DNA of 64,000 nt from a virus (IMGVR_UViG_3300028591_000148:1-64000); one strand, 5' to 3'. Shown: positions 1 through 10,990, numbered from the stretch's first letter. Numbers and translations: made by a program. The notes: a model not told the origin generated them from the letters alone.

Positions 1-286
1 TTATTCCTGTCTTTTCTCCCATTTTAGGAATATTATAGTTTCTGAATTTTGCCCATGTGATAGCAAGACCCCATCTAGTAGATTTATCCCCATACTGTGT
101 TCTATACACCTTATTCTCTTTCCAATCGATAAGAACACATTGTTTCTTATTCTTGAAAGAGTTAAACATTACTTGAACATCAGTGAATTCATTCTGACTC
201 TCCGAAAAGTCTTTATTCATATCGTCTACCCATTTACAAAATCCTTCATAGGAAACAATATCAATGTCTTTAATAATTCTGTTCAT
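1..286 (-). CDS. hypothetical protein, runs off the window start; paralog-like to 63106..63528
   Basis: Manual translation from ATG at 286: MNRIIKDIDIVSYEGFCKWVDDM...WGLAITWAKFRNYNIPK, open to the window edge; not in the ORF track. Confidence 0.7.
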   Translation of the reverse strand, partial: MNRIIKDIDIVSYEGFCKWVDDMNKDFSESQNEFTDVQVMFNSFKNKKQCVLIDWKENKVYRTQYGDKSTRWGLAITWAKFRNYNIPKMGEKTGI

Positions 287-487
287 TTCTTATTTCTTCC
301 TTTCATGTTTATTGTTCTTAAAAGACCTAAAATCCATATATAGAACCAACATAAACTAAATGCAGCGAACACGAGGGATCTACTAAAAATTTCTTCCTTT
401 TGAAATAGATACAGTGCTGATAAAAATATAATAAAGGTTATAATATTTATGATAATGGAACCTACTAATTTCAATATGAATTTCATA

Positions 488-916
488 TCAGTCCTCCTTA
501 TCAAGATAGCATTTATAATGCTCAGATCCATCCGCAATAAGTTTTACTTTTTTAATACCATTATGATTATTCAGATTAAACTTATCTATCACCCATGTTT
601 TTAGATCATTTTGTGGAATATGAGGAGAATGAAATACCTTGGCAATTCCGTTACTGATTTCCACTCTTCCTCTGGGGTAATAATCAAACGGTTTTCCTTT
701 TGTGAGTTTTTTATCCAATGTAGACCAAACTTTCTTATGATTATAATTATCAGATCCAGTCGAAGACATAGAAACAGGAATATGAAAATTTTCGTCATTG
801 ATATAACCTAAACTATCACAAGGAATCTGAAAATAAAGTTTAGATCCTTCTATATTATTTATGTCTGTTATCCAAAATATTCCACGGTACAACTGTTTAT
901 CTTCTGTAAGTAGCAT
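488..916 (-). CDS. conserved hypothetical phage protein (GIFW...DY.PRGRVE...HY.C family), paralog of 59419..59829
   Basis: ORF track; RBS GAGGTG; motifs shared with the 59.4-kb ORF. Confidence 0.8.
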   Translation of the reverse strand: MLLTEDKQLYRGIFWITDINNIEGSKLYFQIPCDSLGYINDENFHIPVSMSSTGSDNYNHKKVWSTLDKKLTKGKPFDYYPRGRVEISNGIAKVFHSPHIPQNDLKTWVIDKFNLNNHNGIKKVKLIADGSEHYKCYLDKED

Positions 917-946
917 TTATATCACCTCACAACTACTATTAAATAT

Positions 947-1030
947 AGTATAACACAAACACAGTAAAATGTCAAGTAGTTTTTAGAAATAAGAAAATAA
1001 AAACTCCTACAATTAAAATGTAGGAGTTTT
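947..1030 (-). promoter_or_regulatory. terminator hairpin + sigma-A-type promoter cassette
   Basis: Minus strand TTGACA(975-970)-17-TATACT(952-947) with extended TG; hairpin AAAACTCCTACA/TGTAGGAGTTTT at ~1000-1030. Confidence 0.85.
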
Positions 1031-1068
1031 GTGTAAAATTCACAAGTTATAGTTCAATGCAAATATGT

Positions 1069-1932
1069 TTATCCCATAATCTCATTATCCAGATACTGTT
1101 TCATTTCACGAACAATTTTTCTGAGGTGTAGAATATCGGGTTTAGCACGTTCTCTAGCATATCTGGCATATCGCTGTCTAATTTCCGGATCAGCATTGTC
1201 CTCGGCCGTATTTTTATAATCAAGCTGTAACTGACGAAGTGTATCAAGGAACTGGTTCGTCATATTTCTAATATCTAGAATCTTATCAGGTTCATTTCTA
1301 AACTGTCTTAACATACTATTAAGAGTATCGTATGTTTCAAAACCATCTTCGAGAATAGAATCATACTGTTCAAGACCCATCTCACCAAGTATATCTTTAT
1401 ACTTTTTAAGACCCGTTTTTTCGTAACCAGATTTATCATAACCATATCTACCCATTTCAGCAGCAGAACGGTCACGGTCCATAGGTTTATTGGATCTTCT
1501 AGATTTACGAAGATCGACAACATCCGGACTCACTTCAAGATATCCAAAATCTGTTATCATATTAAGAAGATACTTTACAGGAACATCAGATGCGTATTTC
1601 TTATTTCTTCCACCGAAATCAATTTTAGGATTATTAACACGAGCTGCATAAACAAACTCGTCACCACGTTCATCTGTTCCACGCATAACAGCGACTTTAT
1701 CCTCGGAATCCATAATCTGATTAAACTCTCTGGATGTTTTTGGAACAGGAAGCTCATGATATATAGTAGTATTTAAATCTAGATTACCTACATTACCAAA
1801 CTGTGTTCTTGATGCCATTATAAGATCACCGGAAGGACCTGTTTTAGCATACCAACCTCTATTTTTCTTAATAGTATCTTTCAACCAACTAGGAATACTA
1901 GAATCTAAAGCCTCTTTAATTTGTAATTTCAT
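1069..1932 (-). CDS. hypothetical protein with MKLQIKE-A leader (candidate internal head protein)
   Basis: RBS AAGGAG favours the ATG at 1932; leader motif shared with other ORFs. Confidence 0.75.
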   Translation of the reverse strand: MKLQIKEALDSSIPSWLKDTIKKNRGWYAKTGPSGDLIMASRTQFGNVGNLDLNTTIYHELPVPKTSREFNQIMDSEDKVAVMRGTDERGDEFVYAARVNNPKIDFGGRNKKYASDVPVKYLLNMITDFGYLEVSPDVVDLRKSRRSNKPMDRDRSAAEMGRYGYDKSGYEKTGLKKYKDILGEMGLEQYDSILEDGFETYDTLNSMLRQFRNEPDKILDIRNMTNQFLDTLRQLQLDYKNTAEDNADPEIRQRYARYARERAKPDILHLRKIVREMKQYLDNEIMG

Positions 1933-2040
1933 AAATAACAACTCCTTAAAAATAATTCAGTATCTATCCTCATGTTAGGATTATTACACTATTTATTGTT
2001 ATGTGTAGTTATTATTTTTTATAACTAGAGTTGTTATTAT

Positions 2041-3437
2041 TTAAACATCTTTAGTTTCCGATTCTGTATTAATTTCTTCTCTCTTATACTGGATACCGTT
2101 CTCATAATAAGTATTCCAGTTCTCTTTTTCAAAGTAACTGTCAAAGTATATGGAAGTTCTTTTCAGGATTATAATGGTCGTCCAGTGCGTAGTAGGAACA
2201 AGAACTACCCAACCTTCACCGTACTGAACGGACAACTCTTTACAAACATCGTGAAGTTGCTTATCGTTAAGATCCCATTCGATAAATTCAATATCATTGA
2301 GGGTATCGTTTTTGGTAACATGACCACTACCGTTATCGGCGTTCTTAAAAAGAATATAGCTATAATTTACCAGATTATCTGTAATTTCCATTCCTTTACG
2401 CCAATGTGTTCTAGCGAGATCCTTTGGACCATAGCAACACGAGCACTGACCTTTTTTATAGGTATAATGTGCGAAATCAATATCACACTTTTCACGGAGT
2501 TCTTTGAGTTTGAGATCATTGTAAGTAGTCATTTTAATATCCTCCTTTCAATTAAGAAATAACACCACGTTTTTTCATGTCGTAATAGCACCATCTATTA
2601 ACAGCGTTATCTTCCATTTCCTTGAACTTTTCCATCTGTTCGTCGAATTCCTTTTTGTACTCGTCGATCATGTTTCTCTGATTTGTGATGGACTTTCCAA
2701 ACCAGTCATAACCGTTATTGAGGTCACTAAACATATTGGACATCATAGTGTCTAACATACTGGTTTTATCCTGAAACCACATTTCAAACCAATTAGTTCC
2801 TTCTGTGATTTTCATAATCAACCCTCCTCAAGCACCAACGGCTTCCTCTCACCCTTCCACACAAAGGTATGTCTTGCCGAATAACAATCGCTACCGTTCT
2901 GTTCCAGAGTAGTGGTAAAACACTTCCAGCATTTAAGTACTGTTTTAACAAGATAATCAAGTCTTGCATGATCGTGTTTCCAGTCTCCCCAGCTGATGTC
3001 CACATAAACAATATTCTGATTGTCTCTATTGGAATAAACTTCACCATAAAGATTGTTTTCTCTCATCAAATCGTGAACTGTTTTTTCCATATCCAGCATT
3101 GTTATATCCTCCTTTAAAAAATATCCACACAACTGTCCTGTCCTACTGGGTGAAATCTATTTACTACATTTCCTATTAATTTCACAGGTTTAAATGTTCC
3201 TGTATAATCAATATACTGTACTTTTCCTTTTTCTGTGATATAAACAGTTCCTTCCTGTGTGTTAGTTACAAGTTCTTTTCCAAATGGCATAACTCTTGTA
3301 ATTTGAAAATCAACTTGTAAGGTGTTGTCCTTATAAGGAGTTACTTTGAACATCGAAACTTTGTAGTTTGTTGTATAACACATCTTGTGAACTTTCTTAC
3401 ATACATCTTTTATAACATTAAGTTGTTTGATTGTCAT
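2041..3437 (-). other. operon of four small hypothetical ORFs (2041..2532, 2552..2821, 2818..3132, 3114..3437)
   Basis: Contiguous minus-strand ORFs with GGAG(G) RBSs downstream of the 3495-3523 promoter. Confidence 0.7.
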
Positions 3438-3494
3438 TCTGAAAACTCCTCTCTGCTATTTTTCGTGTGTTTTAACTGTTTTACTTACATATAT

Positions 3495-3577
3495 AGTATA
3501 ACATATTTATATCAAAATGTCAAGTGGTTTTTGAAATATAATAAAGAAAAATCCTCACAAATAAATGTGAGGATTTT
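3495..3577 (-). promoter_or_regulatory. terminator + promoter cassette
   Basis: TTGACA(3523-3518)-17-TATACT(3500-3495); hairpin AAAATCCTCACA/TGTGAGGATTTT at 3548-3577. Confidence 0.85.
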
Positions 3578-3628
3578 GTATACATTGTATATGTTTAACC
3601 TAGATAAAATTAATCAATAACGATTCTT

Positions 3629-4183
3629 TTATTGATTAAGCCTATCAAATGCTTGTTTTAATTCAAGTGTCTCGGATAATTCAAAGTCTCTTGTAAATAG
3701 AGTCCCGAATGAAAATTTATATTTATGATTATAACCGTCTTTAGTTAAATCATTAGCAGATTTACTATCAGGAGGAAGAAAACCAAAACAATAAATCCAT
3801 GGATAGATATAGTTGTCATCTCTATCTACTTTATCACTAAATAAAGATAAGTCAAAATCATCTTCATCATAATCATCTAACCCTATGGATTCTGTTCCAA
3901 ATGAAAAATAGTCTACTCCCATTCCTCTATTATAGAAACCCATGTTTGCTTGTATAAATTGTTTCTGGTCTTCATACCAACCTGATCGAAATGCTTCTTT
4001 TATCATATCTATGTGGATATGGTCCCATGCACCACATATCATATACAAGTCTGCTTGGGCATCATAAAGTATCCGATATTCTTTAGGTTTATTAGCACAT
4101 AGGTTTGCTATGTCACCTGCATAATCAGTTATAAGCATATCGGAACCTAATTTTTGCAGACGTTCTTGAATACGAAGTTTCAT
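3629..4183 (-). CDS. hypothetical protein with MKLRIQE leader
   Basis: ORF track; leader motif. Confidence 0.75.
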   Translation of the reverse strand: MKLRIQERLQKLGSDMLITDYAGDIANLCANKPKEYRILYDAQADLYMICGAWDHIHIDMIKEAFRSGWYEDQKQFIQANMGFYNRGMGVDYFSFGTESIGLDDYDEDDFDLSLFSDKVDRDDNYIYPWIYCFGFLPPDSKSANDLTKDGYNHKYKFSFGTLFTRDFELSETLELKQAFDRLNQ

Positions 4184-4187
4184 GATA

Positions 4188-4862
4188 TCACTGTCCTTTT
4201 AACTGCTTTCGTAAGCATACAGAAACAAGATCCCAAACTTCACTTATCTTGTCTATAATTCTTACACCTAATTCTTCAGTAGCAAGAACATAACTATCAT
4301 CATATTTCTTACTTTCATAGACATAGAATGTTTCGTCAGCTCTATATTGTTCATCTTCTGACATCATAGTAGCAAAGATGTCAATAGCATCTTTATCTGC
4401 ACTATGCCATCTTACATCAAAAGTATCAATTCCGTAATTATCTTTTAAGAATTCCATATCTCTGTCATTAGGTGTCAGAGCTTTAAATAATCTATCTAAA
4501 GTCATATTACTAGGTCCAATAGCTCCTGGATATGCTTTTGTAGGTCCTTCTTGTAGACGACGAATAGATTCTTTCTTTTCATTTGTATATTTTAATTTAG
4601 CTCCACTATAATTACCGAGGTCTGTAATATAACATTCACCATCTAGACCAAGTTCCTTAATAACTTCATTACCTGCTTTTTCGATATCTTTATTATTAAG
4701 TCCTTTTCCATAGATTTCAAACATATTCAATGCACTGATGGTAATAACTGTTCCTTTACCTGTATTAGATGTTCTGAGAAGTTTAGGACTTACACCCATC
4801 TTCTCTGCCCATAGTTGTCTTGGATCATTTGTATTTGTTGATTCTTTAATTCTTAATTTCAT
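4188..4862 (-). CDS. hypothetical protein with MKLRIKE-S leader and internal KKESIRRLQEG
   Basis: ORF track; RBS GAAAGGA. Confidence 0.75.
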   Translation of the reverse strand: MKLRIKESTNTNDPRQLWAEKMGVSPKLLRTSNTGKGTVITISALNMFEIYGKGLNNKDIEKAGNEVIKELGLDGECYITDLGNYSGAKLKYTNEKKESIRRLQEGPTKAYPGAIGPSNMTLDRLFKALTPNDRDMEFLKDNYGIDTFDVRWHSADKDAIDIFATMMSEDEQYRADETFYVYESKKYDDSYVLATEELGVRIIDKISEVWDLVSVCLRKQLKGQ

Positions 4863-4912
4863 AGCGAACTATCCTTTCAACTTCTATTATTTAGTATTAA
4901 ATTCTTAATAAG

Positions 4913-5620
4913 TTACCAACCGAACTCATCTTTAATATCTTCTTCTGCTTCAGGATATATATCAATAATTGTTTCTAGAACTTTTTGCCCTATTCTCTTT
5001 TTAATATTATCATTATAAACTCCTACGTCATTTATGTAGTAGTCTGTCAATTCATCTTCTAGGTTATTAAAATCTTCAAACCAATCACCAGAGAATTCGA
5101 AATCATTAACAATTTTTCTAGCTTTTTCAGCACCTATTAGATCAGACGATTCTTTTAAGGACTCTTTTTGTAGTCTCTTGTTTTCTTTATCCAAAAGTTT
5201 ACCAAGTTGCTCAAGCATTCCCATAATAACATCATGTTGCTGTTTATCGGTAAACTCATCCCACGATTTTCCGAAGAACTCCTTTGCAATAGCTTCTGCT
5301 TTTTTAACTAATGTTTTTGACTCTTCACTCCAGTTATCCGGAAGTTCTACTTTTTCAGAGATATACCTCGGTCTAATAGATTCTCCAAGACTGGTAGCTT
5401 TCATCGCACGAATAAGAGTATTAAGAGCATCCCAAACATGATCATGAAGATCTTGTGCATTATTCTTAACATGAGCATTAAACTTTTCAGGTTCTACAGA
5501 TTTGAAAGCATTCCACTTTCTATTAAAGTCTTTGATCAACTTATCTGTTTCATCGATATATGATAAACGATAGTACATATCACTATTATCATCTTCTCTT
5601 AATTTTAACTTCTCTACCAT
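4913..5620 (-). CDS. hypothetical protein with MVEKLKLRE leader and internal LGES/ISE/LKES motifs
   Basis: ORF track; RBS AAGGAG. Confidence 0.75.
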   Translation of the reverse strand: MVEKLKLREDDNSDMYYRLSYIDETDKLIKDFNRKWNAFKSVEPEKFNAHVKNNAQDLHDHVWDALNTLIRAMKATSLGESIRPRYISEKVELPDNWSEESKTLVKKAEAIAKEFFGKSWDEFTDKQQHDVIMGMLEQLGKLLDKENKRLQKESLKESSDLIGAEKARKIVNDFEFSGDWFEDFNNLEDELTDYYINDVGVYNDNIKKRIGQKVLETIIDIYPEAEEDIKDEFGW

Positions 5621-5635
5621 AATAAAAACAACTCC

Positions 5636-5884
5636 TTATCGTCCTAAATTAGATAATGCAACAGAAAGAAACATATTTTTGATTTCTTCTTCTGTAGCAT
5701 CATAATCTGTGTAAACACCTAAACTATAATTGCCTGCTTGATTACTGGAGATAACTTCAAATTTCATAAATGTTTTACCGTCCATCACTTTTTTAATATT
5801 ATCAATACTACGTTTAGTAAAATAGCCAAGGTCGTCAAACCAAACTTCTTTACCTTGTTTAGATTCTTTTATAAGTTTGACCAT
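5636..5884 (-). CDS. small protein with MVKLIKE-S leader
   Basis: ORF track; RBS AAAGGA. Confidence 0.75.
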   Translation of the reverse strand: MVKLIKESKQGKEVWFDDLGYFTKRSIDNIKKVMDGKTFMKFEVISSNQAGNYSLGVYTDYDATEEEIKNMFLSVALSNLGR

Positions 5885-5904
5885 AAATAAAACATCCTTT
5901 CATT

Positions 5905-6162
5905 TCACTCTTCAATATCGGATAATTGTTTGAATTCATTATACAGTCTGTAAACAGCAGCATGAATATCGGATACCATTTCTATATAATGTTGTGCTTC
6001 GTTGTAATCGCCAAATCTGTTTTCAAGTTGATAATCTTCTTCTGTACTATCTATCATATATTTTACATCAAGTAAAAAATAGTTTAGGTCGTATTCAAAG
6101 TTTTCAAGTACCTCTGTTACATCCGGAAACTTTTGTTTAGCTTCGTTTACTTGTTTTACCAT
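5905..6162 (-). CDS. small protein with MVKQVNE-A leader
   Basis: ORF track; RBS GGGGTG. Confidence 0.7.
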   Translation of the reverse strand: MVKQVNEAKQKFPDVTEVLENFEYDLNYFLLDVKYMIDSTEEDYQLENRFGDYNEAQHYIEMVSDIHAAVYRLYNEFKQLSDIEE

Positions 6163-6261
6163 AATCCATAGTCACCCCTTAAATTAAACAAACTACTAAT
6201 TTTATAGTATTCAGGATTATAATTTGTTTAACTGTTTGAGGATATATATTTTATTTAAAAT

Positions 6262-6296
6262 TAGGTTCACTTATTCAACATCAATAAGTGAACCTA
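6262..6296 (-). terminator. intrinsic terminator-like hairpin
   Basis: 14-bp inverted repeat TAGGTTCACTTATT/AATAAGTGAACCTA just after the stop of 6302..6616. Confidence 0.7.
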
Positions 6297-6301
6297 TTTC
6301 T

Positions 6302-6915
6302 TTAATCTTTCCAGTATGTTTTCAACAATTCCTTATATTTAAGTTCTGCCAATTTTTTAAGGTTTTCAGGAGTAGGAAGAATCTTAAAATCCTTATTGTC
6401 GTCATTAGTAAAGTACCAATAAACTGTTTCAATCTTACCGTTTCTATGAATACAAAGAGTAGGTTGATTATAGGTTGTTCCAAACCTAGAGGCATATTCT
6501 ACGATGTTACCTACTGAATGAAGAACATATCCAGTCTCATTGTAAATTCTTTCGTCGAGTTCCGTCAGTTCATAAGAACTATTACGAATGTTGAAAACAT
6601 CTTCTTTTGTGTACATACCATTAACTCCTTTCAGGCAAGCATTTCATATCTGTTAGAGACCTTAACAAAGTTTTCAAAAGGTTCCCACTTAAACCAGTCA
6701 GCAATACGATTATTTTCATTGTAGTTACCAGCTTCGAACTGTTCCTTAATGTTTTTGATTTCCTCGTCGGAAAGATCGAAGTCGCACATAATGGAATCAT
6801 CCTCATCTCTACTGTAATCCCGAATAACCACATATTTCTGAACATTGTCTTCAAACACATAAAGGTGAAGTACTCTTGTCTTTTCCATAATATCCTCCTT
6901 TTTGTTTTTGCCCAT
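6302..6915 (-). other. two small hypothetical ORFs (6302..6616, 6631..6915)
   Basis: ORF track; RBSs; downstream of the 6932 promoter. Confidence 0.65.
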
Positions 6916-6931
6916 TTAACTTACTATATAT

Positions 6932-7034
6932 AGTATAACATATTTATAATAATTTGTCAAGTAGTTTCCTAAAATTTGGATAATAAAAATCACACAAATA
7001 TATCCTTGTTAGATATGGATATATTTGTGTGATA
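6932..7034 (-). promoter_or_regulatory. terminator + promoter cassette
   Basis: TTGACA(6960-6955)-17-TATACT(6937-6932); long hairpin ATCACACAAATATATCC/GGATATATTTGTGTGAT. Confidence 0.85.
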
Positions 7035-7073
7035 TTACTAAATAAAGTATAACTTGCTAATAAAAATATTTTC

Positions 7074-7406
7074 TTACCAGAATTTACCGTTCTTATAGAA
7101 GTCGACATCAAGCAGTTCTTCCGGATGACATCTTTCTAAAGCGTCTATAACATTCTGTAAGAACTTATTAACTCTGGCGATACAGTTGGCATTAGATAGA
7201 ATTCGTCTGTCCTGATAATTAGGATCGAAGTTCTCGGCATCCTCAATTGCTACTGGAACAAAGGAATTCACTGCTTCTTCTAACTTGGTTGAAAGATCAA
7301 CTACACTATCTACGAGATCTTTTGTTTGTGTTTGACGATCTGTAATAAGTTTAATTGTTACTTCGGACATTGGACGATAATCGGATTCTCTCAATCTCTT
7401 AATCAT
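7074..7406 (-). CDS. small protein with MIKRLRE-S leader
   Basis: RBS GGAAAGGA favours the ATG at 7406. Confidence 0.75.
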   Translation of the reverse strand: MIKRLRESDYRPMSEVTIKLITDRQTQTKDLVDSVVDLSTKLEEAVNSFVPVAIEDAENFDPNYQDRRILSNANCIARVNKFLQNVIDALERCHPEELLDVDFYKNGKFW

Positions 7407-7533
7407 AAGTAAAACATCCTTTCCAATGTGTATAATCAAAAATAATATAGTTTACCCTTATAAATAAGGTTTTACATTATTTAATGTAGGTCACTGTTTT
7501 TTTTGATATTTTATTTTTTTATTTTATAAAACT

Positions 7534-8945
7534 TTATTTTACATAAACATCAATCAAACCGTTTTCATAACGATAAGCCTTTTCAATGAAAAAATAATGG
7601 ATTTCATCACGAAGGTTTTTGATGTTATCATCCATAAATTTTTTGGCATCTGGTCTTGTCTTGAAGATCTTAATATATTTAGGATGAATATAAGTATAAA
7701 GAGTAGGTATATCATCATAAGAATTCACATAATAAGTTTCTCCATCGAATGTCCGGATGGTAATGATAAATCCAATAAAATCTTTCATGTTGTAACTCTC
7801 CTCCCTTTCATGAGTGAACCTAATTTGTTTACTCAAAACGATACGAATATAAACCTTTGATATCGTCTCTTCTACAGTTAATAGTAATATTTTGGTATTC
7901 CCAGAGTTTCTTCTTAAAGAACTTCCGCAACAAATCATATTCTTTGGAGTTCTGTTCGTCTTCGTCATAAATTTTTTTGAAGTGAATAATCATCTCATAT
8001 CTAGGATAACAAATCCAACCGCCCTTATTATTATCACGGAACTCCACTTTATCAACAAAGTCATATTTTTCCATCAAATTTACTTTATACTTATGCCGGA
8101 TGACCGGAAGTAAATCTTCGTATTTCTTTTTTACAGTCTGTTTATAGTACGAGCACTTATCCTTAATGTAGGAGACATAGTAATTGTTCTGTGAATAAGC
8201 TTCATCGTTTGCATTCTGTTCATATGCAACGATTGGATTCTTTTTGATATGACGCAGTATCTCCAGGATCTCAAAAAACTGTACCTTTGGATCACAGTTC
8301 AGTTCTCCTTTGATATCTTTCTTTGCATATTCAACACAGAAAAAGCTCCTGGAGGGTTTGAATTTATCGATGTAATCTTCGTGTTGTGTAAAGAACTGTA
8401 AAGCCATATCACCTTGGTTCAACCACATTCCGAATTTCCATCCTCGAAGTCCTCGGATCTTGAAATGAACCACTGAGTTTTCTCCCATTTCGAATATGAA
8501 ATAGGCATTACCGTACTGAACATCATACGGAATAAACCCAGACTTCATAATTGATCTGAACGTACAGTTTATGATTTTTCTATTAGTCATTATTCACAAC
8601 CTCCATATATCTTCTTCGTGCCTCCATGTTCACAACTTCAATGAATGCAGATTTAGTATCTCTATAGAACGCAATATCATTCGAATAGGGTTTGAAACCA
8701 ACGATATTGTCTTCCTCATTAAATTCACAATAGAGTCTGTCAAAATAATCTGCTATAGCACTCCACATCTCACTGAGTTCCTCTGTTTCAAGTTCTTCCA
8801 GAATAAGTGAATCTGTAACAAGCTTAATGTGCTCTGCTTTTATAAAGCCGGGGTTAATATCTTTACGATGTTTTTCATATCTCTTAAATGTAAGGTGAAC
8901 AATACCCAGTAAATCTTTCCTAGTCAGCATATTCGTTACCTCCAT
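7534..8945 (-). other. three hypothetical ORFs (7534..~7788, 7829..8590, 8583..8945)
   Basis: ORF track; RBSs. Confidence 0.65.
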
Positions 8946-8981
8946 TATTTCGTTTGTCTTGTGTGTTTTACTTACATATAT

Positions 8982-9066
8982 AGTATAACATATTTATATT
9001 GATTTGTCAAGTAGTTTCTAGAAATTTCATAACAAAAAGTTCTACAAATCTATGCAGAACTTTTTG
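8982..9066 (-). promoter_or_regulatory. terminator + promoter cassette
   Basis: TTGACA(9010-9005)-17-TATACT(8987-8982); hairpin AAAAAGTTCT/AGAACTTTTT. Confidence 0.85.
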
Positions 9067-9088
9067 TATATATTGTATAAACTATTTT

Positions 9089-10990
9089 TTAATCCCCATA
9101 AAAGAAATCTTGCCAATCGATTTCAATATCATGGTCGCCCACAATATCATATTTCTTGACAGTATCCTCTCCAATGATTTTAACAGTTATACTGTCGTAA
9201 AGACATTTCCCTACATCATCAATCAAACGATTTACAATAGACTGAATATTTCCTAAATAGTGATAAATCTCGTCAGATTCAAAATCAACTGTAAATTTAA
9301 AGAATGTTTCATCATCATGAGGTGAAAATTCACAATTGAACTTTTTACCGAACCAATCGGAGATATAGTTTGCGATAGTTCCAATAATAGAAGGAACTTC
9401 ATAATTCATAATTCCATAGATCGCGAATGTTTTCATTTTATTCATCCTTTCTTAAAAGTTACCGTTGATAAGACTAGTATAGACAAAATTCGTGGCACAT
9501 CGTGCTTGTAGTCTGTACCTTCCCATCCTATAAAGGACTTCTTCCTCTAGGATATCCATTAGTTCTTTTGCCATTCTATTTGCATCTTCTTTCATTGCTG
9601 TCATGGATGCTTGACAGACAATCTTATAATCAAGTTGGATATCCCAATCAAGTTTGGATTTAATATCTCCTTCTTTGTACTTTTTATACAGTGAACGGAT
9701 ACAATCCGAATAAATATCCATATCAAACATATTTAATTCAACCCTCCTTGTAAGGGTAATTATGTACGAAACATTTTACGAGTTTACCAATCTTTTAATT
9801 TATGCTACTTCAATTCATCCTCTGTAACGATGTAATAAGTCTTAGCTAATTTCTTAGCTATTTCATTCAGGCGTTCCTTGATAAGTTTCGCTGTAGCTTC
9901 GGAAGCATTCTTTCCATCTTCATAAAGATCAACATATTCTTTGACAAGAAGATATATTTCAATATGTCTAGTTACATGATTATCTACTGGAAGTTTTTCT
10001 ATTGGGAAATGACGAGTATCATAGTTATGGTAAAACCCATTACTTTTAAGATTATTAAAAACATATCCTTCAAAACCTTTTGCCATAATATCCTCCTTAT
10101 AAATTCTTCTTCAACTTATCCATTTCAGGCTTAATCTGATCTGCCTGTTCTCTAAACTTTTCTTTCCGTGTCATAGTGTAACCATCTAAACAGAAATCAA
10201 GATCAATTGATAAGCGTTTGAGTTTCTTTCTTATCTTTTCCTGTTTTTTAAGAGTTTCTTCCCATTGTTCTGGGGTCATGCCCGTAGGCATTTTTTAAAA
10301 AATCTTTAATTGTCATTTTATATCCCTCACTTTCACTCGCAGAGGTTTTAACAACAGCATTAAATGTCTCATGCCAAATATCTCTTCCAGAATTAAGATA
10401 TGCATCTGCAAGTACATCCTCGACTGTTCTATTATCTCTATCGGCGAGATCCTTTGCTAAAACCTCACACATGGCTGTTAAGGTTTTCATGTAAGAATTT
10501 CTTTCCATATCATTCAGGAATACTGTCTCATCATTAAACTGTAACATAGTAACCTCCTTACAATGTATCTTTACATTTCATCAATAAACTTTTTAGCAAG
10601 TCTTTTGTGTGCTTCAAAAGAAATGTCTACAACTTTCTTGTAACAATCAGAATTTTGATATCTGTCAGTTTTCTTCAAATTATTAAGACGTTCGATTGTT
10701 TCTAAACACTCGTCAAGATTTGTTTCTCTACACACCATAATCACCACTCCTCCTTAAAATTCAACACCGTAAAATTTACCGATAGCTTCCCAAGTAACAT
10801 AAATGTGCTCAAGCTCAAGCAGTTCTTTGAACTCCTCAAAATCGGAATCTGTAATGGTCATATTATGATCAACTTTGTACCCAAGTGTAGCGTCATTGAT
10901 CTTTTTGAAAATGGGTTTAAGGTAGTTGTATCTACCCTCAATAACTTGTTTTTGAATATTCGTGATTTTAATCATTACTTTTGCTTTCAT
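9089..10990 (-). other. operon of small hypothetical ORFs (9089, 9452, 9805, 10097, 10248, an unlisted 55-aa ORF starting at 10738, 10754)
   Basis: ORF track plus manual reading. Confidence 0.65.

Noticed and set aside
1933-7533. TAAATA as a T4-like late promoter upstream of leader-bearing genes
   Set aside because: Present in several spacers but at inconsistent distances in very AT-rich DNA; cannot be distinguished from chance by eye.
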